Source: Gemmata obscuriglobus
GTDB lineage: Bacteria; Planctomycetota; Planctomycetia; Gemmatales; Gemmataceae
DNA: 32,000 nt
Direction of reading: 5' to 3'
Assembly (NCBI RefSeq): GCF_008065095.1
Contig: NZ_CP042911.1
Span: 3,570,001-3,602,000 of the forward strand
Below are positions 16,447 through 24,995 of the stretch, in pieces. How positions within the stretch are numbered: position 1 is the stretch's first letter; every line of letters starts with the position of its first letter. The translations under genes and the position numbers were made by a program. The notes below the pieces were generated by a model, which worked only from the letters and a program-made list of their open reading frames with translations, was not told the origin of the DNA and searched no databases.

Positions 16447-19400
16447 TCACTTGCCGCGCGGGGCGGTGCCCATCGGCTTCCCGTTCTTGATGGTGACGTT
16501 GTACTGCTTGATCAGTTCGCGGAACTCGGCCGGGAACTGGGCGTCGGTGGTCTGCTGCACCTTGTCGCGGTCCTTGCTGCGGAGCTTGATGAAGGCGCCG
16601 TCCCCGGTCGTTCCGGTTCCGGACGAGCCGGCGTTCTTGAGCTTCTCGCCGCCGGCGCGGTCGCCTTCGCTCGTCCCCATGTTCGTACTCTGTTGGGACG
16701 TGCCCATTCCCATACCCATTCCCATCCCGGGTTGCATCCCCATCCCGGCCTGAGCCATACCCGTGCCCATCCCCGGCTCCATTCCCATGCCCATGCCGGG
16801 TTGCGTGCCCATTCCCATACCGGCCTGGGCCATCTGACCCATTCCGGGTTGGGCACCGGGCATGCCCTGGGCCATTGCGGCCTGGTTCAGCGCGTCGAGC
16901 GCTTGCTGGAGCCCCTGAGCGGCCTGCTGCTGGCTCATTCCGGCCTGATCCGGTTGCCCCTTCTGCAATTGATCGCCTGCTTTCTGGAGCTGGTCACCGG
17001 CCTGTTGCAACTGGTTCTGCACGGCCATCGGCGCGTTCGCCTGGGCCTGCTGGAGGGCGGCTTGGGCCTCGGCGTTCGCCTGCTGCGACTTGCGGAGCGC
17101 CTTTGTGGCGTCGAGCACCTTCTGCTGGAGTTCGATGAGCTGATCGGTCGTCGGGCTCTCGGGCAGCTTGTATTTCTCGATCAGCTCCTTGATGTCCTTG
17201 TCGCCCGCATCCTTATCGTCCAGCGGGGCGCACGGGTTGTCCGGCGGCCCCTTGTCACCCTTCTTGTCCAGCTCGGCCTTCTGCTCCTGTTCAACCTTCA
17301 CTTTCTTCAACGCGCCGAGCGCGCGCTCCTGGTACTCGATGCACTGCGGCACGTCGCCTTTCTCGAACGCTTTCGCGGCGAGATCGGCGGCCTTTGCGGC
17401 GTCGGGCATGTTCTGCTCGGCCGCTTTGATCGCGATGTACTTCTGGAGCGCCAGGATCTGCGGCCCGTCCTTCTGCTTGGCGTCGGCGGGCGTGCCGTCC
17501 GGGACGTTCAGCGGCTGTGCCTTTTTCGCCTTCTCGGCGGCGTCCTTCGCCTGCTCGATGGCCTTCGCGAGCTGCTGCGCGGCCTGCTGCGGGTCGACCT
17601 TGTTGGGCTGAAGCGCGGCCTGGTCCGCGGCCTCCTGGCCCTTCTTTTCGTCGATCTTCTTCTGCACGTCCTTTGCGGCGTCGGCGAGCTTGTCCGCGGC
17701 TTCTTTGGCCTTTTGGCCGCCCGCCATCGGCATGTTCATCGCGAGGTCGCTCTGCGCGCCCTCTTGCTTCGTGTTCGCATCGCCGACCTTGCCGGCGGCA
17801 TCGGGGGCGAGTTCCTTCAGCTCTGCGCCCACATCTTTCGTTGACTGATTCAGGTCCGCTTGCTTCTTCGCGAGGTCCCCGGTTTCGGGCTTTTTCGGAT
17901 CGCCGGCGGCCCGGTCGGCTGCCTTCGCCACGTCCTTCTCGCCTTTGGCGAGTTCGTCCAGTTTGCCCTTGAGGTCTTCGAGCTTGGCGATCTCGGCGCG
18001 GCGCTGTTCGATCGCCTTCGCTTGTTTTTCCAACTCGTCTCTGGCCCGTTCGAGGGCCTGCAGCGCGTCCTGCTGCTTCGGCTTCGCCGCGTCCGGTTGC
18101 TGGTTATCGAGTTGCGCGGCCGCCTGCTTTTGCGCGTCCAGCGCCTTGTCGAGCGCTGCTTTTGCGTCGGTGTTGGGCGGGAGCGGGGCGCCGCGTAGCT
18201 CCTCGGTCTTCTTGGCGACATCCTTCTGTGCGGTCGCGGCCTCGGGGGCACGTTCCGGCTTGGCCGAGGCCTTATCGGTTTTGGCGTTCGCGTCCTTCTG
18301 TTCCTTGATGATGGCGTCGAGGCGTTCGGCGGCCTGTTTGGTGGCGGCCAGCGAGTCCACCTTTGCGAGTTCCGCGGCGGCGATCTGGCGGTCGAGTTCG
18401 TCCTTCGCCTCGTTCAGCTCCTCCAGGGCCTGCTGCTGGGGCTCTTTGGCGCTGGCGATGTCGCGGTTGCGGAGCTTCTCTTCGGCGTCCCACTCTTTGC
18501 GCTCGGCGGAGCGGAGCTTCTCGGCCACGTCCGGGGCCGCCTCGAACGTCGCCTTATGGGCGTCGCGGGCGGCGAACTCGGCCTTGGTCTGCTGGTTGGC
18601 CAGTTCGTTCGCGCGGACGGTGTTCGGGTCGCTCCCCTGGCGCTGGATGCGGCGCACCTCGGCGGCGTCGAGCCGCTCGGCGGTGTCCCGGTTCACTTTC
18701 GTCTGGGCGCCGATCGCCTTATTGACCTCGGCTTGCGCCTTCTTGAGCGCGTCGAGCCGGCTGGCGGGCGGGGTCCGAAGCGCCGCTGCCAGATCCTTCA
18801 GCTCCTTCGTGTGGCGCCGCTGCGGCACGCTGGCACTGGTAAATGCACCCGCTTTTAGAAGGCCGGCGGTGTCCTTCATGTCCTCGGCCAGCTTCGCGCC
18901 GCGGGACAAAGCCTCGGCCCGTTCGAGCCGGGCCAGTTGGTCCGGGGTGAGCAGCTTCTCGGTCACCAGTCGGTTGACCTGTTTGAACACCGCGAGCACC
19001 TCGACCCGCAGTTCGCCCTGTTCGGCGGCGAGCGGCCCGCGGTCGTCGATGCGTACCGACCCGCGGGTGGGCAGGGTGGTGTTCGTGTGCGTGTCGCCGA
19101 TCAGCGCGATCTGCTTTTCGGCCGCCCGCTCGAGCCGGTCGGCGGCCTCGTCGAGGTTCTTGATGACGTCCAGTTGGCCCAACATCACCTTGAGCTGGGT
19201 GATGATCGTCTTGCTCGCCTCGGCGGCCTCTCTTTGCTCCTTGGTCGCGTTGGCGGGCGCCGCGACGGCCGCTTCAAGGTGGGCGAGTACGGCCCGGATC
19301 TCGGTCTCGCTCAGCCCGCGGAGGTCGTCGGCCACGCCGCGGAGCATCTTCTGCTCGGCGCCCGGCGCGAGCCGCTGGAACATGAGCGCGTCGAGCGTCG

Positions 19401-19560
19401 AGGACGTGCGGCGCGCGGCCTCGTCGATGCGGGCTTTGATCTTCTGCTGGTCGTCCCGCTGCTTGGCCGGGTCGGCGCTCTTGTCCTGCGAGGTGGCGAG
19501 CGGAACGAGGAGCCCGACCAGGAGCAGCGCGGCCGCGAACCAGCTACGACGGGTCGTCAT
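16447..19560 (-). CDS. Secreted giant coiled-coil/low-complexity protein (1037 aa) with a C-terminal Gly-Met repeat tract
   Basis: AAGGAGG lies 7 nt upstream of ATG 19560. MTTRRSWFAAALLLVGLLVPLATSQ is a signal peptide. About 900 aa are A/K/Q/E/D/L-rich heptad-like sequence. These are followed by a 55-aa GM tract and a C-terminal block GDGAFIKLRSKDRDKVQQTTDAQFPAEFRELIKQYNVTIKNGK. Confidence 0.8.
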   Translation of the reverse strand: MTTRRSWFAAALLLVGLLVPLATSQDKSADPAKQRDDQQKIKARIDEAARRTSSTLDALMFQRLAPGAEQKMLRGVADDLRGLSETEIRAVLAHLEAAVAAPANATKEQREAAEASKTIITQLKVMLGQLDVIKNLDEAADRLERAAEKQIALIGDTHTNTTLPTRGSVRIDDRGPLAAEQGELRVEVLAVFKQVNRLVTEKLLTPDQLARLERAEALSRGAKLAEDMKDTAGLLKAGAFTSASVPQRRHTKELKDLAAALRTPPASRLDALKKAQAEVNKAIGAQTKVNRDTAERLDAAEVRRIQRQGSDPNTVRANELANQQTKAEFAARDAHKATFEAAPDVAEKLRSAERKEWDAEEKLRNRDIASAKEPQQQALEELNEAKDELDRQIAAAELAKVDSLAATKQAAERLDAIIKEQKDANAKTDKASAKPERAPEAATAQKDVAKKTEELRGAPLPPNTDAKAALDKALDAQKQAAAQLDNQQPDAAKPKQQDALQALERARDELEKQAKAIEQRRAEIAKLEDLKGKLDELAKGEKDVAKAADRAAGDPKKPETGDLAKKQADLNQSTKDVGAELKELAPDAAGKVGDANTKQEGAQSDLAMNMPMAGGQKAKEAADKLADAAKDVQKKIDEKKGQEAADQAALQPNKVDPQQAAQQLAKAIEQAKDAAEKAKKAQPLNVPDGTPADAKQKDGPQILALQKYIAIKAAEQNMPDAAKAADLAAKAFEKGDVPQCIEYQERALGALKKVKVEQEQKAELDKKGDKGPPDNPCAPLDDKDAGDKDIKELIEKYKLPESPTTDQLIELQQKVLDATKALRKSQQANAEAQAALQQAQANAPMAVQNQLQQAGDQLQKAGDQLQKGQPDQAGMSQQQAAQGLQQALDALNQAAMAQGMPGAQPGMGQMAQAGMGMGTQPGMGMGMEPGMGTGMAQAGMGMQPGMGMGMGMGTSQQSTNMGTSEGDRAGGEKLKNAGSSGTGTTGDGAFIKLRSKDRDKVQQTTDAQFPAEFRELIKQYNVTIKNGKPMGTAPRGK
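16702..16866 (-). repeat. Coding Gly-Met microsatellite-like tract (GMPGAQPGMGQMAQAGMGMGTQPGMGMGMEPGMGTGMAQAGMGMQPGMGMGMGMG)
   Basis: The plus strand shows iterated cccat(t/a/g)cc units. By my count the 55 residues contain 16 Met and 20 Gly. Confidence 0.85.
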
Positions 19561-19703
19561 CGGCGGGCCTCCTTGAGGCGTTGGGGTCGTGGGAGAGCGG
19601 CGACCCGACGAGAATCCGTTAAGTATCCAACCGTTCCGCACCGAATGCAACCGGGAATCGGTCCGCCCGTTACCGGTTCGCTGCGGCGCCGGACGGGCCG
19701 GCG

Positions 19704-21995
19704 CTATTTCTTCTCCGGCTCTTTCGGCGCGTTCGTGGTTTGCCGGAACAGGTCGGCCTGGTCGGTGGCCAACTCGCGGAGCTTGTCCTGGAGCTGGAGC
19801 TGGAGCTGGCGGTTCTGCTCGTCGCGCATCTTGATCGCGACGCCCGCTTCCTCACCGGTCACCACGGTTTTCCGCCGGGCCTCGCGCGAGTGCCCCGGCG
19901 CGCGCCCGGGCGTAGGGTTCTTGTCGAACGCCTCGACGTATAATTCAACCGTGTCCCCGACCTCAAGTTTCGCGGTGGTGAACCCGCCGCTCCCGTCCGG
20001 GACGGTTTTTTGCAGCCCGTCGATCTCGAACATGTACCGCCCGCCGGCCTCCAGACCGGCGGGTTCCGCTTCCGGGTTCGGCGATGGCTGTGAGTAGAAC
20101 TCGACGTTCACCTTGAACTGGTCGAACTTGCTCAGCCCCTGCCAGGACTTCTCGAACAGCCCCAGGTCGGGCACGTAGTTGCCCACGGCCGCCAGGTTCG
20201 CGGTGACCGGTTTCAGCGGGAGTCGCTTGAAGACCTTCTTGTTCTCGGGCCAGTTCCAGTCCTGGCGCGGGTGCTGGACCTGTTGCCACTCGGGCGGCAT
20301 CGCGTCGGGGGCGACGCCCTTCGGGATCACCCGATAAGCGACGGCGGCCCGACCGACGCCCTGTTCCGAGCGGGCGCTGTAGACAACCATCACGCGCCCC
20401 CCTTCGGCGAGGGGGAACCGGTCGCCCCACTCGTGCGCCAGCTTGGCGGTGGACGTGCCGTGGTAGTTCTCCGGGTCCGGGTGCCGGGTGGACTCGGGCA
20501 GGAGCGCGACCGCCGGCGGGCGGTCCTCCAGCATGCGAACGGTGCGCCGGATCGGCACCTCGTTCGTGAACCCGCGGTCGTCGGTCAGTTCGATGCGGTA
20601 GCCGATCAGCTTCTCGTTCGTGGGGAACAGCCAGACCGCCGAGCGGCGGTCGGTGTCGATGTCGCGGGGCAACTGGAAGTTGTCCCCCGCCGACGGAACG
20701 AAATCCCGTTCGCGCGCCCCCTCGCGCAGGATCGGCACGAGCCGAGCGGACCGCACCGGCTTGTTGAACTTGGCGTCCACGCGGATCTGGGCGAGGGGCA
20801 GGGCGTCGCTCACGTCGCCGCGGACCCAGCCGTCGGTCCGGCGCACGAACGGCCCGCCGTCGGGTTGCGTGCCGAGGAACTTCGGGAGCCACAGTTCCGC
20901 GGTGAGTGCGTCGCCGTCGGGGCTGAGCTGCGGCCGCCCCTCGAACCGCACCCGGCCGGTTTCGCGCGTGCGGCCGCTGTCCAGGCGCGCCGAGAACCCG
21001 AAGTTGATGGACGAGGGCGGCAGCTTCGTGACGAAGTACGCTGCCCCGGGCTTGCCGGGCACCTCCTTCTCGTACACGAGGTCGTAGGTCTCTTCGGGCT
21101 GGCCGTCGGGCTCGACCCGTAGCCGGCCGCTGAACCCGGCGGTCGGCGGCGGGAGCGCGAACCCGAGTTCCGCACGAAGGCGGTCCGTGAACCACGGCCG
21201 CGGGTACGCGCCGGTCACCTCGTAACGCACCTGGACCTCCGCACCGATCGGCCATACCTCTTCGGACACGTTCTTCAACTGGATGCTGCGCGGGATCTCG
21301 GCGCTCACCAAAAGCTGGCGGCGGAGCAGCACCCCGGCCAGCGCGGGTTTCGCGAGCCCGAACACGGTCCAGCCGATCAGGACCGGCGCCGCCACGAGCA
21401 GCGCGAAGCCCAGCCGGCGGTAGTCCACGAGTTGTAGGAGGTTGTGAGCGGCGGCCAACTGGCCCGCCTCGCGCGTCACCGCGGCGATGAGGGCGGGCGA
21501 CATCCCGTGCGTGCGCGCGGCCGGGCGGTTCAACTGGATGGCGGTTACGAGCCGGTGCCCGAACGCCGGGATCGCCTTTTCCGCATGCTGTGCGAGGTCG
21601 TCGATCGGCGGGGTGCGCAGCCACGGGCGGACGAGCAGCCAGTAGGTCAGCCCCAGGGCGAGGGCGAGCTGCCCGAAGGTCATTCCGGCGTGCATCCAGC
21701 CGGGGGTATCATCGATGACCGCGGCCGGCGGGGGGCGGAACCCGTGGGCGAGCCGCATGTGGTCGCTGAACCAGCGCTCCTCGGCGGTGGGTGCGGTGGG
21801 GGCGAACACCCAGGTGGCGCTGAGCACCCGGCGCCACGTCTCGGACCCGAGGTAGCGGTCGGCGGTCCAGTCGGCGAAGCACGCGAGCGCGAGAACGGTG
21901 CCGAGGATCGCGACCAGCCGCGCCCCGCCCCACACGACCCGGATGAGCCGCTCGGTGCGCCGCCAGTGCCGGAGTTGCTCGAGTAGCAGGTTCAT
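19704..21995 (-). CDS. Large membrane protein (3 predicted TM segments plus a ~500-aa extracytoplasmic beta-rich domain); DUF4175-like N-terminus
   Basis: MNLLLEQLRHWRRTERLIRVVWGGARLVAILGTVLALACFADW resembles the N-terminal arrangement of DUF4175-type proteins found next to Bat/VWA genes (weak, from memory). Further TM segments are GMTFGQLALALGLTYWLLV and LGFALLVAAPVLIGWTVFGL. Start set at ATG 21995 rather than track start 22190. Confidence 0.6.
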   Translation of the reverse strand: MNLLLEQLRHWRRTERLIRVVWGGARLVAILGTVLALACFADWTADRYLGSETWRRVLSATWVFAPTAPTAEERWFSDHMRLAHGFRPPPAAVIDDTPGWMHAGMTFGQLALALGLTYWLLVRPWLRTPPIDDLAQHAEKAIPAFGHRLVTAIQLNRPAARTHGMSPALIAAVTREAGQLAAAHNLLQLVDYRRLGFALLVAAPVLIGWTVFGLAKPALAGVLLRRQLLVSAEIPRSIQLKNVSEEVWPIGAEVQVRYEVTGAYPRPWFTDRLRAELGFALPPPTAGFSGRLRVEPDGQPEETYDLVYEKEVPGKPGAAYFVTKLPPSSINFGFSARLDSGRTRETGRVRFEGRPQLSPDGDALTAELWLPKFLGTQPDGGPFVRRTDGWVRGDVSDALPLAQIRVDAKFNKPVRSARLVPILREGARERDFVPSAGDNFQLPRDIDTDRRSAVWLFPTNEKLIGYRIELTDDRGFTNEVPIRRTVRMLEDRPPAVALLPESTRHPDPENYHGTSTAKLAHEWGDRFPLAEGGRVMVVYSARSEQGVGRAAVAYRVIPKGVAPDAMPPEWQQVQHPRQDWNWPENKKVFKRLPLKPVTANLAAVGNYVPDLGLFEKSWQGLSKFDQFKVNVEFYSQPSPNPEAEPAGLEAGGRYMFEIDGLQKTVPDGSGGFTTAKLEVGDTVELYVEAFDKNPTPGRAPGHSREARRKTVVTGEEAGVAIKMRDEQNRQLQLQLQDKLRELATDQADLFRQTTNAPKEPEKK

Positions 21996-22108
21996 TCGTC
22001 GGTGCCCAAACGCGCCAGCACGTTGGCTCTTTGTGACCCCTGCTCCCTTGCGGGAAGGGGCAAAAATCGAACGCCAGCGCGGAGGCGCCGGCCGGTGAGG
22101 CGGGTTAC

Positions 22109-24634
22109 TCAGCTCAACCCGCTGAACTTTCGCAGGAACCACTCGACCGACAGCAGCCCGATGAGCAGGAACAGGGGCCACCGGTTCCACAGGACGACTT
22201 CCTCGCGCTTGGTGAACGTTGCGAACTGCGCCTTCACGTCGTCTGGTAGCCGGTGCAGATCTTCCTCGCGGTAGAAGCGGCCCGGTCGTTCGGCCGACCC
22301 GCTCTCGGCCGCGAGCTTCGCCATCTCGGCTTCGGCCAAGCTCCCCGGCGCCTGTTCGTGATCGGGCGGCAGCGTGACCCGGTATTCCAGCGTCGCGGGC
22401 GAACGGTTGCCCGGCGACACGTGGAGCTTGTACCGCCCCGCACGGCTGAACGTCAGCGGCGCGACGTACTCGCCGTCCTGGCCGGGCAGCTTCTGGAGCT
22501 TCACCGGCGTGCGGGCGTCTTTGTCGTCCCCGCCCCCTCCGATCCGCTCCAGCGTGGCGCTGACCTCGTCCGCGGTGAGCGCCTTAAAGTTCTCGTCGAG
22601 CACCCGGGCGTAAACCTGCCCGGTCCGGCCCTGCACCGGTTCGAGCGTGTCCAGCGACACCTGGGTCAGCTTCGTCCCCGTCGCCCGCGGGACGCCGGCC
22701 TGGTACACGCACTGGCTCCAGAACCGGCCGAAGTACCGGTCGGCCTCGTTGAACCGCCACTTCCAGGTGTCGTCGAACGCGCTGAACAGCACGTACCCCT
22801 TGCCGTAATAGTGGCCCGCCAGCAGCGGCAGCGGCCGGTCGTCCGGCCCGGGGGTGCGCTGGGTCGGGTGGACTAAGAACGCCTCGGCGCCGGGCTTCAG
22901 CCGCGTCACGGGGTAGTACCACTCCATCGGCTGCAACTGCTTCGTCTGCGACGCCCGCTCCGGGGGCTCGGCCGCTTCGGTGCGGGCGGTGCGGTCCCAC
23001 AGCATCGCGTTGTCGGTCGGGATGTCTTCCAGCGCCACCAGCGGGCTGCGGATCGCGCTGGGCGCCAGCGCCGGAACGAACGGCTGGTAGTACCGGCCCC
23101 CCGGCGGGCGGGGCGGGAACTTTACCGGGACCGCCTCGACCGGGAGCACGTCCGCGATGGTGTGCCGGCCCGTCTCGGCGCTGAGCCACTCGTGCGGCGC
23201 GTGGACCTTCCCGGCGATGTGGATCAGCCCGCCCCCCTCGGTCACGAACTCCTTGATCACCTGCTGCTGGTCGGGCGTGAAGAACGCGCCCGGGACGTCG
23301 CCGATGATCAGGAGGTCGTAGGCGTTGATCAGCTTGCGGAACGACTCGCGCTCGAGCGCGAGGGTGCCGTTGTCCTGCTGCGTGAACTCGGCCAACCACG
23401 GCTCGCCGAGCTTCATCGCGTCGCGGTCGCCTTCGGTGAGGAAGAACCGCGCGTCCACCCGCCGGTCCCGCTGCAGCGCCCGCATCAGGAACTGGAAGTC
23501 CTTCCGCGGGAGCCCTTCGACCACGAGCACCTGGAGCTTCTTGGTGATGATCTGGGCCGGCTTGGTCACGGTGTCGGTGAGCGGGTCGCGCGCGCCGGGG
23601 CCGTCGGGCCGCACCGTGACCGTGACGGTCACCTCCTGCCGATTCGCCGCGATGTCTTCTTGCGTCGGCACGAAGCTGAGTTGCTCGCGGATGTCGTCGC
23701 CCTCGCGCACCGGGATGTCCCGCTTCGCGGCCACCTCGCGGTCGCCGAACTTCACCACGACGTCTACCTTGCCCGCGGCCACGCCCTTCACGGCGTACCG
23801 CACCGGCACCGTCACGATGTCGTCCTGGAACACGGACTCGGGCACGCTGGCGTCGCGCAGGCGGAGCTGTCCGAAGGACGAGCTGCCGACGCCGTAGACG
23901 TGCAGCGGCACCTTGCGGTCGCGGAACCGCTCGGCGAGTTCCGCGAAGGTCTTGCTGCCGCCGTTCTCGCGCCCGTCGGTGACCACCACCACCGCCGCGG
24001 GCAGGTCGTTGTCGTCTCGGTTGAGCAACTCCAGCGCGGACGCGACGAGGGCCGTGCGCGGCTGGTCGGGGGTCTGTGCCTTGAGCCACTCGAGGTCGTT
24101 ACCGTCCTTACCGCCGGAGCGGGTCGTGCCGAACGTCGAGACCTCGAGCGGTCCGATCGCCTTGAGCCGGTTCAGCAGGTCGAGGCGCGGGTTCGTGAGC
24201 GCGGCGCGGGCGACCGCGAACCGCGACGGGCGCTCCTCCTTTTCCGGCGGGGCCGTCGGGAGCGGTTTGTTCGGCTCGATGAGGTCGAACGCCAGTGCCG
24301 CCCGCCAGTGGTCTTCCGGCGCGGGCCGCGGGTCCTTCTGGTCCATGCTCTGGGACACGTCGATGAGCACCGCGACGGGGCGCCGGCGCTGGGCGCTGTC
24401 CTCCCGGACCCATGTGGGGCGGAGCAGCAGGAACGCGACGACCAGCACGACCGACATGCGAACGCCCGCGAGCAGCAGCCGGCGCACGACGCCGAGCCCG
24501 CCGGCCTCGAACACGTACAGCGCCCCGACCGCGACCACCGCCGCCGCCGCAAGAAGCAGCGCCAGCCACGCGGGGAACCAGCCGCGGCGCTGCAACTCGG
24601 CGAACAGTTCGGCGGACGCGAACAGAGCGTTCAT
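22109..24634 (-). CDS. Membrane-anchored VWA-domain protein with GATase1-like domain and C-terminal TM anchor (841 aa)
   Basis: Two N-terminal TM segments (WFPAWLALLLAAAAVVAVGALYVF and GVRMSVVLVVAFLLL). MIDAS-like VAVLIDVSQSMD, then AAVVVVTDGRENGG. LQVLVVEGLPRKDFQFL...YDLLIIGDVPGAFFTPDQQQVIKEFVTEGGGLIHIAG resembles a class-I glutamine-amidotransferase-like fold. The C-terminal anchor is WPLFLLIGLLSVEWFLRKF. Start at ATG 24634; the longer track ORF runs through a palindromic repeat. Confidence 0.75.
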   Translation of the reverse strand: MNALFASAELFAELQRRGWFPAWLALLLAAAAVVAVGALYVFEAGGLGVVRRLLLAGVRMSVVLVVAFLLLRPTWVREDSAQRRRPVAVLIDVSQSMDQKDPRPAPEDHWRAALAFDLIEPNKPLPTAPPEKEERPSRFAVARAALTNPRLDLLNRLKAIGPLEVSTFGTTRSGGKDGNDLEWLKAQTPDQPRTALVASALELLNRDDNDLPAAVVVVTDGRENGGSKTFAELAERFRDRKVPLHVYGVGSSSFGQLRLRDASVPESVFQDDIVTVPVRYAVKGVAAGKVDVVVKFGDREVAAKRDIPVREGDDIREQLSFVPTQEDIAANRQEVTVTVTVRPDGPGARDPLTDTVTKPAQIITKKLQVLVVEGLPRKDFQFLMRALQRDRRVDARFFLTEGDRDAMKLGEPWLAEFTQQDNGTLALERESFRKLINAYDLLIIGDVPGAFFTPDQQQVIKEFVTEGGGLIHIAGKVHAPHEWLSAETGRHTIADVLPVEAVPVKFPPRPPGGRYYQPFVPALAPSAIRSPLVALEDIPTDNAMLWDRTARTEAAEPPERASQTKQLQPMEWYYPVTRLKPGAEAFLVHPTQRTPGPDDRPLPLLAGHYYGKGYVLFSAFDDTWKWRFNEADRYFGRFWSQCVYQAGVPRATGTKLTQVSLDTLEPVQGRTGQVYARVLDENFKALTADEVSATLERIGGGGDDKDARTPVKLQKLPGQDGEYVAPLTFSRAGRYKLHVSPGNRSPATLEYRVTLPPDHEQAPGSLAEAEMAKLAAESGSAERPGRFYREEDLHRLPDDVKAQFATFTKREEVVLWNRWPLFLLIGLLSVEWFLRKFSGLS

Positions 24635-24728
24635 AGGCGCGCGGCACCCGTTATCGAACAAAGACCCGGCGTCTGACACCACGTCCGGTTGAAGGCGAGT
24701 TCCCAAGAACGCCGCCGCATGTATTCGT

Positions 24729-24861
24729 GGAGCGACCCACCCCCGACCCCTCCCTGCAGGGAGGGGAGCGAAGCACTTCGGAATCGCTTCGCACATCGTG
24801 TTCGCTTGGCGCTGACGCAGAACTCCCCTCCCTGCAGGGAGGGGCCGGGGTGGGTCGCTCC
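24729..24861. repeat. Composite palindromic element: two inverted ~37-38-bp units, each containing the perfect 20-bp palindrome cccctccctgcagggagggg (24747-24766, 24825-24844)
   Basis: Left unit ggagcgacccacccccgacccctccctgcagggagggg. Right unit cccctccctgcagggaggggccggggtgggtcgctcc, the near-perfect reverse complement. The spacer carries a 7-bp hairpin gcgaagc...gcttcgc. The element lies in the 361-bp gap between the two VWA genes. Confidence 0.8.
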
Positions 24862-24995
24862 GCGAACACGCGCGCCAAACAACGGCTCCTCATCCACACC
24901 GTGAGAATGAGTACCAACTCGGCGCATCCGGAGGATGCACGGTTACCAGTCAGTTGGCCCGGCGGTGGTAGATGTCGCGCCGCGCCGTTCGCAGG

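Noticed and set aside
15151-16490. ORFs 15151..15999 (-) and 15201..16490 (+)
   Set aside because: They are alternate-frame or antisense shadows of the prenyltransferase-like gene. The first also runs through the 15095-15173 inverted repeat.
16381-19576. Plus-strand ORFs 16381..17844 (487 aa) and 17945..19576 (543 aa)
   Set aside because: They are antisense to the coiled-coil gene. Their L/R/G-rich and S/A-rich low-complexity translations simply mirror the A/K/Q/E codons. The minus-strand gene has a strong RBS and a signal peptide.
22584-24692. Alternative-frame ORFs 22584..24089 (-), 23162..24676 (+) and 23913..24692 (+)
   Set aside because: They overlap the VWA membrane protein gene, which carries TM, MIDAS and GATase1-like motifs. 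The alternatives are Arg/Pro/Gly-rich shadows.
24635-24796. N-terminal extension of the 22109..24796 ORF (54 extra codons)
   Set aside because: The extension is translated straight through the palindromic repeat element (giving PLPAGRGRGW). The protein's first TM segments begin right after the ATG at 24634, so the shorter start is preferred.
24747-24844. Possible CRISPR-like repeat (a 20-bp unit present twice)
   Set aside because: There are only two copies. The unit is itself a perfect palindrome embedded in mutually inverted flanks, with a single 58-bp spacer, and no cas genes are nearby. It is REP-like, not CRISPR.
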